Part shown: positions 9,609 to 19,286 of the stretch, in pieces
Position numbering within the stretch: position 1 is the first letter of the stretch
How the letters are laid out: each line of letters starts with the position of its first letter
Virus record (IMG/VR): IMGVR_UViG_3300017754_002889
Span: 1 to 35,559 of that record
Reading direction: 5' to 3' (one strand)
From: a virus
Taxonomy: Duplodnaviria > Caudoviricetes
Length of the DNA: 35,559 bases
The notes under the pieces: model-generated
Seen by the model: only the letters and a program-made list of their open reading frames with translations
Databases searched by the model: none
What the model was told of the DNA's origin: nothing
Made by a program: the position numbers and the translations under genes

Positions 9609-10127
9609 ATGGCACTATCAAGCAAACTTGGTAAATCTTACGAAAAAGTAAAAGCCGAAACTAAACTTAAAACAATCCATATTGATTTGGAAGAAGTTAA
9701 GTTTGAATTAAGAGTAAGGATTCCATTGAAAAAAGAAATGGAAGAAATTACCGGCAAAATCCTTTCGCCCGATCAAGCGCGAGTGGACAAGATTTTTAAA
9801 CGCCTTACCGAACCAATGATTAAAGCATTGGAAGAAGGTGGCGAAGATTTCGTTAAAGCACTTAACGAAAAGAAACAAACCATTACCCAAACCGATGATG
9901 ATTTGGTTGTGGATGGCACTTCGGTACGACAAGTTGCAAATTTTTCCGCAATTGAAGAAAATAAAGTTGAACAATATTTTCGTTTGTTAGTATCGGAAAC
10001 GGGCGAACCCATTACCGAAACTTACGAACAAATTAATGAAGAATTCCCGGAATTTGTAATTCGGGAAATTGTTTCGGAAATTGATAAGGCAATTAAACCC
10101 GATTACAAAACAGTAAAAAAAAATTAA
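9609..10127 (+). CDS. Tail assembly chaperone (gpG-like)
   Basis: Acidic helical protein ending in slippery run GTA AAA AAA AAT TAA, upstream of tape measure. Confidence 0.8.
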   Translation: MALSSKLGKSYEKVKAETKLKTIHIDLEEVKFELRVRIPLKKEMEEITGKILSPDQARVDKIFKRLTEPMIKALEEGGEDFVKALNEKKQTITQTDDDLVVDGTSVRQVANFSAIEENKVEQYFRLLVSETGEPITETYEQINEEFPEFVIREIVSEIDKAIKPDYKTVKKN

Positions 10128-10138
10128 GGCGTAGCCTT
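10115..10138 (+). other. Programmed -1 frameshift site (A9 run plus small hairpin)
   Basis: A AAA AAA heptamer; the -1 frame is open (KLRRSLRRQVVAAMVF...) into the 10160-10483 ORF; AAGGC-GTA-GCCTT hairpin follows. Confidence 0.8.
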
Positions 10139-10483
10139 CGCCGCCAAGTTGTTGCCGCAATGGTGTTCAACGGGCATACAGAACAATACATTGATTCAAT
10201 TGATGAAGAATTATTTGGAGATATACAAGTTATGTATGCCGAAGGGATGCTTGGAAATAAGGCAATATTCGATGCATTAGCACCGATCACAACCGCCATT
10301 TTTAATTATTTACGCCCCGAAGGTGCGCCCGCCAATAAAGTTGATTCCATATTTAATTGGATTAATGATTACTTCCGTAATCCGGACAATGAAGCCGCCG
10401 AAACTGATAAAGTAAATTCCGCGTTACTTACTTTTGTATCCCGCGCAAAAGGTTACAAAAAGGAAAGGTTTAAAAATGGCTGA
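10124..10483 (+). CDS. gpT-like frameshift extension of the tail assembly chaperone
   Basis: Lies in the -1 frame relative to 9609-10127 with no stop between the slip site and ATG 10160. Confidence 0.75.
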   Translation, partial: LRRSLRRQVVAAMVFNGHTEQYIDSIDEELFGDIQVMYAEGMLGNKAIFDALAPITTAIFNYLRPEGAPANKVDSIFNWINDYFRNPDNEAAETDKVNSALLTFVSRAKGYKKERFKNG

Positions 10484-10979
10484 ATTTTCAACCGCAGGTT
10501 TTGAAAACTTGTTTGCCAATATGCAAGCGTTGGAAGATGAAATTGGCAAAGGTAAAACCGATAAAATTTGGCGTGGGGCAATGACATACGCAATGGAACC
10601 GGTTTTACAAGATGCCAAATCGTATGCACCTAAAGATACGGGGGAAACTGCGGATCGTATTTATTTACGGGTACATCGCCCGCAAGCCCGCGATAAAAGT
10701 TCAAACCGATATGCCGGGGAAAACTTTATTGCCCGCGTAACTGCAAGTACCTTGCGTGAAGATTCGGTACAAAACTTTGTTGTTAACAAGCGCGGAAGAT
10801 TACAAGCGGTATGGGCAAACAAAAGCCGCGCCCCTGTTTCACAAGAATTTGGAAATGCAAGAACGCCGCCGCATCCTTTTATGCTTCCGGCATTAAACAA
10901 TAATTCTGATAAAGTGATATCGCGTTTGGGTACTGCTTTATTTGAAGCAATAAAAAAAGTTGGGGAAGGTAAAAAATAA
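10476..10979 (+). CDS. HK97 gp10-like tail/neck component
   Basis: AKSYAPKDTG and QEFGNARTPPHPFMLPA motifs; ATG at 10476. Confidence 0.82.
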   Translation: MAEFSTAGFENLFANMQALEDEIGKGKTDKIWRGAMTYAMEPVLQDAKSYAPKDTGETADRIYLRVHRPQARDKSSNRYAGENFIARVTASTLREDSVQNFVVNKRGRLQAVWANKSRAPVSQEFGNARTPPHPFMLPALNNNSDKVISRLGTALFEAIKKVGEGKK

Positions 10980-13192
10980 TGGCAACCATTGGTTCGTTAA
11001 CGGTAAAGTTGGGCTTGGTAACGGTTGAATGGGATAAAGCAACCGCGAAAGCAAAACAAGATGCCAAAGATTTGCAAAAATCTTTTAACAATTTAGGGCT
11101 TGATCTTGGTAAATTAAAAAATGTATTTAATGCCGTTGGTGGCGCGGCAGGTATATCCCTTGCCGGGCTTGGTGCGCTTATGCATGGAACAATGGCACTT
11201 GCAGATGAAGTAAGCGATCTTTCAAAGGGCTTTGGTATTTCCATTGCCAAAACCCTTCAATTTAAAGAAGCCCTTACCCAAGCGGGCGGCAATGGCGAAC
11301 AAGCCGCAAAAGTATTAAGCACCCTTTTTTCTAAAATTGAAGAAGCCCAAGGCGGCAACGAAAAAGCAATTGCAACCTTTGAACAAATTGGTTTGACATT
11401 TGAAGAATTGCGGGCAATGCAACCGGAAGAAGCCATTAACAAAATTGTTAATGGTCTTAAAGGAGTAAGCAACGAATACGAACGGGTAAAACTAATAAAA
11501 GAATTGCTTGGGCGCGGCGGTATTGGCGTAAGCCTTGAAGATTTATCCGAACGCTTGGGAATGTCAATTGTTGAATTTAAACAAGCCGAAAAAGCAATGG
11601 AAACATTTGGCAATTTGTCGGATACTTTAAAGGAAAGTCTTTCAAATTTAAAAATTGCCTTTGCTGAATTGGTTGCCCCTTTTATTGGCGATGGCAAATT
11701 TATTATCAATGTAAACGAATTTAAAGCCGCAATGGTGGCGGTAACTGCCGCCGGTGTTGTAAGCGGTATGTTTAAGTTGGTTGAAGCGTTTGTTCTTTTG
11801 AACAAATTGATGAAAACAACCGCATCCCTTGGTTTGGCAATTAGTGCCGCCGGTGGTGTAAAAGGCATTGCAATGGCGGGCGCAGGGCTTGCCGCATACT
11901 TTGGCGCAAAAGCCGCTTTTGATGCAAGCGATGAAGAAGCCGCAAATGCGCCGCCCGTTCCGGGGGCAACGCCCACCACACCCAATAAACCAACTGCAAG
12001 AAATCCCGAACCCGCAAAGCGTGGTTCGGATGCCGCCGTTGCGCGTGTTGCCCTTGCCAAAAAATTGTTTGAAATTGAAAAACAAAGAAGTGAATTGCGT
12101 ATTAAAGGGCTTTCACAAGATCAACTTACGATTGATATTGCCGAAGTTGAATTAAAAAAACGCGAAGAAATTGCGCGCGCCCAATCTGATTACACCGCAA
12201 ATTTAGCAAAAGAAAATTTAAGTAATCGAGAAAAAGCCGCATTTGCCGGGCAATATAACGCCGCAATTCAAATGGCAAATTTAAAAGCAAAAGAACAAAT
12301 TGATTATTTGCTTGCCGCCCGCCAAAAAGAAATGCGTATTTTGAAAGAAAAAACCGCTTATGAAATGGAACGGTATCGGTTAGAGGGTGCGGGCATCATT
12401 CTTGATGTGCAACGCATTAGTATGACCGAAAAACAATTTGCATACGCGCAAGAATTTCTTAATTTTGAACGCCGCCGATTGGAATTAAATCAACAACTTA
12501 TTGATGCAAAAAACCAATATGGTGAAGGTGAACGGTACGAAGCCGAAGCGGAACGCATTAACAAAGTAATTAGTGCCGAAACAGAATTACACAATTTGCG
12601 TTTGCAATCTATTCAAGACAAAGAAAACCAAATTCGCGCCCAACAAATTCTTACCGATACCGAAAAAGCCGGTTTTGATACGATGGTTTCCAATTTGCAA
12701 TCCCTTGGGCAACATTCCAAAACGGCGTTTGCGGCGTGGAAAGCAATGGCAATTGCCCAAACGGTTATTGATACATATTCAAGCGCGGTAAGTTCATACA
12801 AGGCATTGGCGGGCATCCCAATTGTGGGACCCGCTTTAGGTTTTACTGCGGCGGCAATTGCGGTTGCGGCGGGTATGGCGCGTGTTGCGGCAATTCGTTC
12901 AACACAATATCAAGGCAGGGCAAAAGGCGGCGTTATGTCTGCAAACCAACCGTACCTTGTTGGTGAAGAAGGCGCGGAAATGGTTATTCCAAACCAATCA
13001 TCAATGGTTGTACCTGCCGGGCGTACTGCGGCAATGATGGGCAATTCTCCCGCCGTTGTTTACAATGGTACGGTAATACAAAATATGCAAGCAATTGATA
13101 CGCAATCGGCGGCGCAATTTTTAGCGCGTAACAAAGATTCGGTTTATGCGGCGAATATGTCGGCGGCGCGTGGACTACCACAAAGCAGGTGA
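10979..13192 (+). CDS. Tape measure protein
   Basis: MATIGSLTVKLGL start, Ala/Gly-rich helical body with hydrophobic segments, C-terminal RAKGG...YLVGEEGAE motif; 737 aa. Confidence 0.92.
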   Translation: MATIGSLTVKLGLVTVEWDKATAKAKQDAKDLQKSFNNLGLDLGKLKNVFNAVGGAAGISLAGLGALMHGTMALADEVSDLSKGFGISIAKTLQFKEALTQAGGNGEQAAKVLSTLFSKIEEAQGGNEKAIATFEQIGLTFEELRAMQPEEAINKIVNGLKGVSNEYERVKLIKELLGRGGIGVSLEDLSERLGMSIVEFKQAEKAMETFGNLSDTLKESLSNLKIAFAELVAPFIGDGKFIINVNEFKAAMVAVTAAGVVSGMFKLVEAFVLLNKLMKTTASLGLAISAAGGVKGIAMAGAGLAAYFGAKAAFDASDEEAANAPPVPGATPTTPNKPTARNPEPAKRGSDAAVARVALAKKLFEIEKQRSELRIKGLSQDQLTIDIAEVELKKREEIARAQSDYTANLAKENLSNREKAAFAGQYNAAIQMANLKAKEQIDYLLAARQKEMRILKEKTAYEMERYRLEGAGIILDVQRISMTEKQFAYAQEFLNFERRRLELNQQLIDAKNQYGEGERYEAEAERINKVISAETELHNLRLQSIQDKENQIRAQQILTDTEKAGFDTMVSNLQSLGQHSKTAFAAWKAMAIAQTVIDTYSSAVSSYKALAGIPIVGPALGFTAAAIAVAAGMARVAAIRSTQYQGRAKGGVMSANQPYLVGEEGAEMVIPNQSSMVVPAGRTAAMMGNSPAVVYNGTVIQNMQAIDTQSAAQFLARNKDSVYAANMSAARGLPQSR

Positions 13193-13196
13193 TTAA

Positions 13197-13877
13197 ATGA
13201 GTTTGAACCAAATATTAGCAATAAGCGAAAGCGTTGGGATCAAGGATCACCGATTTATTGGGCAAGTGATTTCGCGTAATCAACGCATTAACACTTCCGA
13301 ACAAATGACGGTGGTTCCATTTGAATTCAAAATGAAACCAATGAATTATTTGTATTATTCGCAAAACCGCGATTTACTTGCAACGCTTCGTTATTATGAT
13401 CGGGCGTTAACGCAATACATTAACTTTGGCGCAACCGGTTGGGTAAATTACATTGCGTACCAAGGTGATATGACAAGTGGCGAAATTGCTTTATGTGAAT
13501 GGCAAACATCAAGCGCAAATACCACTTTGGTTTTGGGAAGCCTTCCATCGATGTTATCAACCGAATATGTTGTTCGCGCCGGTGATTTTTGCCAAGTTGG
13601 GCTTTATACATACATTGCCACACAAGATGTGCAACGCGGTTCCGGTTCAACTGTTAACATTCCCGTACACCGCAATTTGCTTACGCCGGTTGCAAGCCCA
13701 ATTGATGCGGTAATTGGGCAATATGGCACAACGGTAAGCATGGGTGGAAGCCCGTACACCGGCGTTACATTCCCGGTGGTATTAACAGATTACCCAACAT
13801 ATACATTGGTTCCAATAACCAATGATTCTTTTATTCAATGGGCGGGTGAATTTATTGCAATGGAAATCGTGGTATGA
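13197..13877 (+). CDS. Distal tail protein-like
   Basis: Immediately after TMP; beta-rich with VVRAGDFCQ motif; assignment mainly by synteny. Confidence 0.6.
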   Translation: MSLNQILAISESVGIKDHRFIGQVISRNQRINTSEQMTVVPFEFKMKPMNYLYYSQNRDLLATLRYYDRALTQYINFGATGWVNYIAYQGDMTSGEIALCEWQTSSANTTLVLGSLPSMLSTEYVVRAGDFCQVGLYTYIATQDVQRGSGSTVNIPVHRNLLTPVASPIDAVIGQYGTTVSMGGSPYTGVTFPVVLTDYPTYTLVPITNDSFIQWAGEFIAMEIVV

Positions 13878-14629
13878 ATGACATAACACCCGTACAAGAT
13901 ACAAACCATATACGATATGCCGATTTTGTTCGCGTTACCACACAAGATAAGGTAATTGCGGGAAACCTTGTTGTTGGAACAACTTATACAATCCTTTCCC
14001 TTGGAACAACTAATTTCACATTGGTTGGGGCGGCAACAAATACCATTGGCATTTCATTTGTTGCAACGGGCGCGGGTACAGGTACAGGCATTGCCACAAA
14101 AGTTGTGAAATATTTATTTACAACTGCGCCAACATCATTAACGATTTCGGCGGTTGATTCCCAAGCCTTTTCGGGGGTTGGGCAATTGGTACAAGTTGGC
14201 AACGCAACCCGCGATATTAAAAGCACCGCAAACGAAACAACATTTACTTTGGTTGGCATTGATACCGCCATGCTTGGTTGGGTTCTTGGGCAAGATGTTA
14301 AGGGTTCCAAGATTGAAGCATGGCATGGGTTTTTTGATGAATCCGGCGCACTAATTACCACCGGCGGTACGGGCGGGCTTTATAAATTCTTTACCGGGTT
14401 TATAAATAGTTTTTCCATTTCCGAACAATGGATGGAAGAAGTGCGTATGTTTGTTGGATTAATTCAAGTATCCGCATCATCCATTCAATTAATTTTGCAA
14501 AATAGAATTGCCGGAAGATATACCAACGACAACAATTGGCAATTTTTTACGCCGGGTGATACAAGCATGAACCGCGTTGCGTTTATTACAAATGTTAATT
14601 ATCAATTTGGAAAACAACAAACAACATGA
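13874..14629 (+). CDS. Tail tip / hub protein (gpL-like position) with inserted Thr/Gly segment
   Basis: FSGVGQLVQVG, TLVGID, FTGFI, RYTND...PGD motifs typical of minor tail proteins at this position. Confidence 0.6.
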   Translation: MNDITPVQDTNHIRYADFVRVTTQDKVIAGNLVVGTTYTILSLGTTNFTLVGAATNTIGISFVATGAGTGTGIATKVVKYLFTTAPTSLTISAVDSQAFSGVGQLVQVGNATRDIKSTANETTFTLVGIDTAMLGWVLGQDVKGSKIEAWHGFFDESGALITTGGTGGLYKFFTGFINSFSISEQWMEEVRMFVGLIQVSASSIQLILQNRIAGRYTNDNNWQFFTPGDTSMNRVAFITNVNYQFGKQQTT

Positions 14630-15060
14630 TAAGACAAGCAACACCATACGATAAAACACAAATAATTGAAATGATGAAAGAATTTCGCGCCGAAGCGGAT
14701 TTTCCGGAATTGCTTGGAGTTGAAAACGAACCTTATTGGAACGCAATGCTTGATTCCATTTTTGCGGGGCAAGGCGTTGTTTTTTTGGAAGAAGGAAAGG
14801 GGTTGTTAATGGCAATGGTGTTGCCGACAATTTGGGATAACAAAACTTTTGCCATGCATGAATTGGCTTGGTATGTTCGCCCCCAACACCGCGATACAAG
14901 TGCCGGATTTCGATTGTTTGCAAATTACATTGCGTACGGTAAGCAATTGAAAGAAAATGGGCGCATTGCATATTTCACAATGACCAAGTTAGATACAAGC
15001 CCAAACCTAAAATATGACAAATACGGATTCCGCAAAAAAGATGAAAATTGGATACAGTAA
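14626..15060 (+). CDS. GNAT-fold acetyltransferase-like protein
   Basis: MIRQATPYD start, ELAWYVRPQHRDTSAG (motif A-like) and YDKYGFR (motif B-like). Confidence 0.75.
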   Translation: MIRQATPYDKTQIIEMMKEFRAEADFPELLGVENEPYWNAMLDSIFAGQGVVFLEEGKGLLMAMVLPTIWDNKTFAMHELAWYVRPQHRDTSAGFRLFANYIAYGKQLKENGRIAYFTMTKLDTSPNLKYDKYGFRKKDENWIQ

Positions 15061-18000
15061 ATTAACGCTTGCGGTTGCTTTGTTTGCAATTGCTTCCCAT
15101 GCAAATGCGGCGGCAACGCTGATTGCGGCGGCAGTTCTTACGGTTGCAACTTATGCAACGGCGGGGGTTGTGGCGGCGGTTGTGGTTGGCATTGTTGCAA
15201 CTGCGGTGGTTGCAAAATCCTTTGTTCAATCTATGCAACCCGGATACGATGGTTCCGGGGCATCACCAAATCCGGGAAATCGGCAACAACTTCCACCCGC
15301 AACCGATAACAAATTACCAATTGTTTATGGTGCGGCTTGGGTTGGCGGCACAATTATTGATTTATCAATTAGTGATAACAATCAAGAATTGTATTATGTT
15401 GTTGCACTTACCGAAGTTACCGGAAACGGTACGGACACAATTTCTTTTGGTGATATTTATTGGGGTGGCAAAAAATGCAATTTTGCTTCTTCAACAAGTG
15501 AAAATGTTGTTTCATTAACGGATGAATCAACGGGTGAAACCGATACATCGGTTAATGGATTGTTGCAAATTTATTTGTATTCAAACGGATCAAATTCGCA
15601 AGTTCGTGGTTCATCTTCCGCAATAAGCGTAATGCAAACCGCCGGACTTATTTACCAATGGGATTCAACAAAATTAATGACAAATTGCGCCTTTGCAATT
15701 ATTCATATTTCATATAATCAAAATGCGGGATTAACAGGAATACAACAAACAAAATTTCAATTAACAAATTCACGATATAAACCTGGTGATTGTTTTTATG
15801 ATTATTTTACAAATCAAATATATGGCGCGGCAATTGATGTAAGCCAAATTGATACCGCAAGCCTTACAACATTAAATGCATATTGTGATGAATCGTTTAC
15901 ATATACCGATTACGATGGAAATGTAACAACGCAAACACGATTTCGTTTTGATGGCGTAATTGATACAAAACGCGCAATTATGGATAACTTGCAAGATATG
16001 TCAAGTTGTTGCGATTGTTTAATTAGATACAACGAAATTGAAAGTAAATGGGGTGTAATAACACAAAGCCCAACTTATACAATTTCAATGGCACTAAATG
16101 ATTCCAATATGGTTTCATCAATTCAAATTACGCCGCTTGATATTGCCGGTACATACAATATTATTGAATGTAAATTTCCGGATGAATCAAACCAAGATGC
16201 ATTTAATTCCGCAACATTTGATTTAGCACAAATTGATCCGGCATTGCTTTTGCCAAATGAACCGGTAAATAAACAATCAATGTCTTTTGCTTTAGTTAAC
16301 AACGATGTTCGGGCGCAATATCTTGCAAATCGTATGTTAAAAGGAAGCCGCGAAGATTTACAAGTGCAGGTGCAAATTAATTATTCCGGCATCCAATTGG
16401 AATCCGGGGATATCGTAACAATTACAAATACAAATTATGGTTGGGTTGCAAAAGAATTTAGAGTTATGAAAGTAACGGAAAATTTTTCTGCCGATGGTTC
16501 AATTACTGCCGATTTAATTCTTATTGAATTTAACGCATCAATTTATGATGATGCAAACATTACACAATTTCAACCCGCCCCCAATACAGGGATTGCCGAT
16601 CCATTGGTTTTTGGTAATGTTCCCGCGCCCGTTGTTGGCACAAGTTACCCAACAAATGCAACCCCGCTTTTCTTGGTAAACATAACCGCAAGCGTACAAG
16701 GCATTATTCAATATGCGGAAATTTGGTATTCGGCTTTTCCAACGCCAACCGCAAGCCAATTGATTTTTGGTGGCACAACGGAAATACAATCAAACGGTAC
16801 GCCGTATAACCCCGGAAGCGCGTTGCCGCCCGTAACCCTTGCTTCCATACCTGCGGGTACTTGGTACTTCTTTTCGCGTATGGTTAACAGTTTGGGAACA
16901 TCGCCTTATTCACCGGCAAGTTCACCGTTTGTTTGGAAGCCAACAACATACCAATATTCCGAACGGTATTTGTCGGTTGCTTATGCTGACAATGCAACCG
17001 GAACAAGTAATTTTAATTTAAGCCCAACCAACCGTTTGTATTATGGTTTGTTAAACACTTCTTCTTCTTCCGGCGTTCATACTTACGATGAATACACTTG
17101 GTTCCCTGCCGATCCTACTTTTGGAACAAACATATTTTTATGTTATGTAAATTATTCAAATCGCCGTTTTTCTTTTGCAACCGGATTTGCTAATTACGCG
17201 GCAGGTACGGGCGCATTTGTTCCAACGCAAGCATTACTTTTTGATCCGCGTTTATGGTCTGCGTTGCCGGATGGATCAAACACAATTGATTTGGATGCGG
17301 GAACGGGGCAAGTTATTTCAACGGGTACAACAACCGTTGGTACAGGTGAAATTGCCGTTACCAATAACCCGGATGGAAAAGTTGTTGCATCACTTAAACC
17401 ATACCTTGATTTTGGTTCCGGCATTTATTCAAAAACTGCAAGTGCGGCAAAATTAACAATTGATATTTATGGGCGTGTTGTTGGGTTTGAAGAACCCGAT
17501 GCGTTTTATATGACCATTGCCCAATTTACCGCAACAAGCGGGCAAACCATATTTTCGGTAACAAGAAGCGCGGGTTATATTTCCGGGCAATGTTTAGTAT
17601 TTAAAAATGGCGTATTGCTTGATACAAGCGAATACACCGATACAGGCGGCACAACCGGAACCGTTACATTAAGCACCGGTGCAATTCTTAACGACAAAGT
17701 AACAATTATTTCTTTTAAATCATCAAATACAACAACCGGGGTATATGCATCATTTACAAGAAATACCGCAACATTAACAAATGCTTCTTCATATACGCCA
17801 TCCGGTTTTACAATCACAAGCGGATATGAATTATTATTTTTAAATGGTTCAACCTTAACCGATCAAGATTACGATATTGTTGGCGGTGATATTACTAATT
17901 TGCCATCATTGGCAACGGGATTGTTAACGGTAATTCAATGGACACCAAACAACCTTACAACGCCAAATGGCAATCCTGTTAATGTTGTAACAAATACAGT

Positions 18001-18187
18001 TATTGGGCAAACATCATATTCGTTTAATTACACAACGGATGCATTTAATTTATTTCAAAATGGGGTTTTACTGTTTGGTGGAACGGATTACACTACCGTA
18101 AGCGGTGGTTATACATTGGCAAATTCACCAACAAGTAATACGAATTTACTTTTGCAACAAACATTTGCAAGAACAGGGGCAGTCTAA
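15041..18187 (+). CDS. Central tail fibre / tip attachment protein (gpJ-like)
   Basis: LPIVYG motif, LESGDIVTIT...FRV motif, C-terminal repeats of the type VFKNGVLL..EYT / LFQNGVLL...DYT; start ATG at 15041 (or 15014). Confidence 0.85.
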   Translation: MKIGYSKLTLAVALFAIASHANAAATLIAAAVLTVATYATAGVVAAVVVGIVATAVVAKSFVQSMQPGYDGSGASPNPGNRQQLPPATDNKLPIVYGAAWVGGTIIDLSISDNNQELYYVVALTEVTGNGTDTISFGDIYWGGKKCNFASSTSENVVSLTDESTGETDTSVNGLLQIYLYSNGSNSQVRGSSSAISVMQTAGLIYQWDSTKLMTNCAFAIIHISYNQNAGLTGIQQTKFQLTNSRYKPGDCFYDYFTNQIYGAAIDVSQIDTASLTTLNAYCDESFTYTDYDGNVTTQTRFRFDGVIDTKRAIMDNLQDMSSCCDCLIRYNEIESKWGVITQSPTYTISMALNDSNMVSSIQITPLDIAGTYNIIECKFPDESNQDAFNSATFDLAQIDPALLLPNEPVNKQSMSFALVNNDVRAQYLANRMLKGSREDLQVQVQINYSGIQLESGDIVTITNTNYGWVAKEFRVMKVTENFSADGSITADLILIEFNASIYDDANITQFQPAPNTGIADPLVFGNVPAPVVGTSYPTNATPLFLVNITASVQGIIQYAEIWYSAFPTPTASQLIFGGTTEIQSNGTPYNPGSALPPVTLASIPAGTWYFFSRMVNSLGTSPYSPASSPFVWKPTTYQYSERYLSVAYADNATGTSNFNLSPTNRLYYGLLNTSSSSGVHTYDEYTWFPADPTFGTNIFLCYVNYSNRRFSFATGFANYAAGTGAFVPTQALLFDPRLWSALPDGSNTIDLDAGTGQVISTGTTTVGTGEIAVTNNPDGKVVASLKPYLDFGSGIYSKTASAAKLTIDIYGRVVGFEEPDAFYMTIAQFTATSGQTIFSVTRSAGYISGQCLVFKNGVLLDTSEYTDTGGTTGTVTLSTGAILNDKVTIISFKSSNTTTGVYASFTRNTATLTNASSYTPSGFTITSGYELLFLNGSTLTDQDYDIVGGDITNLPSLATGLLTVIQWTPNNLTTPNGNPVNVVTNTVIGQTSYSFNYTTDAFNLFQNGVLLFGGTDYTTVSGGYTLANSPTSNTNLLLQQTFARTGAV

Positions 18188-18702
18188 TGACACAAGCATT
18201 TAATTTGGCGCAACTTGCCAACAACCTTAATACATCGGGGCAACTTGATGCAACGGATGGGCTTTCCGGGCTTATTCCAATTGTTAACGGAAGCACCGGT
18301 TTAACCGCGCCCGGCACAAGCGGTAATGTTTTAACAAGTGATGGAACAAGTTGGACAAGCGCGCCGGTTGGAAATGCGGCAACGGTTACAAACGGGGTTT
18401 ACACAACCAATTTTACGGGTTCAAATCAATCGGTAAATTCCGATGGTTATCAAAAACTTCCCGGCGGCTTAATTATTCAATGGGGAACATCCGGCGGCAT
18501 TTCGCCAAATAGCACATTAACAATTAATTATCCAATAAGTTTTCCAAATGCCGTTTTTGTAATTACAACCGGGGCAAATACTTCAAATCAACAAGCGGAT
18601 GGAACAACCAATGTGATAAGCCGGGGAACATCAAGTTTTGTTGCCGCAAACGGCGATAATGCAAATACTTTTACTTGTTCATGGATTGCTATTGGATATT
18701 AA
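18187..18702 (+). CDS. Short tail fibre-type protein
   Basis: PGTSGNVLTSDGTSW linker and GYQKLPGGLIIQWG...YPISFPN...WIAIGY C-terminal domain common in fibre proteins. Confidence 0.75.
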   Translation: MTQAFNLAQLANNLNTSGQLDATDGLSGLIPIVNGSTGLTAPGTSGNVLTSDGTSWTSAPVGNAATVTNGVYTTNFTGSNQSVNSDGYQKLPGGLIIQWGTSGGISPNSTLTINYPISFPNAVFVITTGANTSNQQADGTTNVISRGTSSFVAANGDNANTFTCSWIAIGY

Positions 18703-18720
18703 ATTTTGATGTGCTAAAAT
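18692..18720 (+). promoter_or_regulatory. Candidate sigma70 promoter for the downstream fibre module
   Basis: TTGGAT-17 bp-TAAAAT with extended -10 TG, at the start of a 90-bp intergenic gap. Confidence 0.5.
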
Positions 18721-18792
18721 TTTAAAAACAAAACACGACATGAAAGCAGGGTTTGCGAGTGCGCGAACCTTATAACCGGGAATGGGGCAATC

Positions 18793-19284
18793 ATGGCAGT
18801 ATTCAACAAAAATACACTTACCCAAGTGTCGGGTTTTGACAATCCGATAATTGCGGGCGAATTGGTTTATGACCAAGCAACATATTGGAACCTTCAATTA
18901 ACCGCCGAAGATGGTGTATCGCCGGTTTCCTTGGAAGATGCAACCATTGATGCACAAATAATTCGCCGTACACTTTCAAATGTTCAAGATAGCCGATATG
19001 GGCTTACTTTTGACATTACCAATTACACCCCAACGCCAACGGCAATTCCATTGACCATTACCAATCGCGATGATGCGGAAGGTTCGTTTACTTTGGTTAT
19101 TGATGATTCATCGTGGGGTTTAGTAACTACCGATGATCAATTGGCAATTAGTTCGCCAAATGGCGCAGGATTTTCCGGGCGAATAAAAATTGGATTTCCA
19201 TCACAACCAAGTGGGCAACCTGCCGAAGATAACATTATTTTCTTGTTGTTTTTAGTGCGTAGCGATGGAATCATAAAGGTTTAA
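18793..19284 (+). CDS. Virion structural protein (baseplate/fibre-anchor-like beta sandwich)
   Basis: PVSLEDATIDAQI pattern resembling BppU-like N-terminal domains; acidic and beta-rich. Confidence 0.5.
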   Translation: MAVFNKNTLTQVSGFDNPIIAGELVYDQATYWNLQLTAEDGVSPVSLEDATIDAQIIRRTLSNVQDSRYGLTFDITNYTPTPTAIPLTITNRDDAEGSFTLVIDDSSWGLVTTDDQLAISSPNGAGFSGRIKIGFPSQPSGQPAEDNIIFLLFLVRSDGIIKV

Positions 19285-19286
19285 CT

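Noticed and set aside
11257-12060. Long antisense ORFs (also 21726-22319, 14489-14971 and others)
   Set aside because: Shadows of real genes; scarcity of CTA and in-frame TCA/TTA on the coding strand reduces antisense stops.
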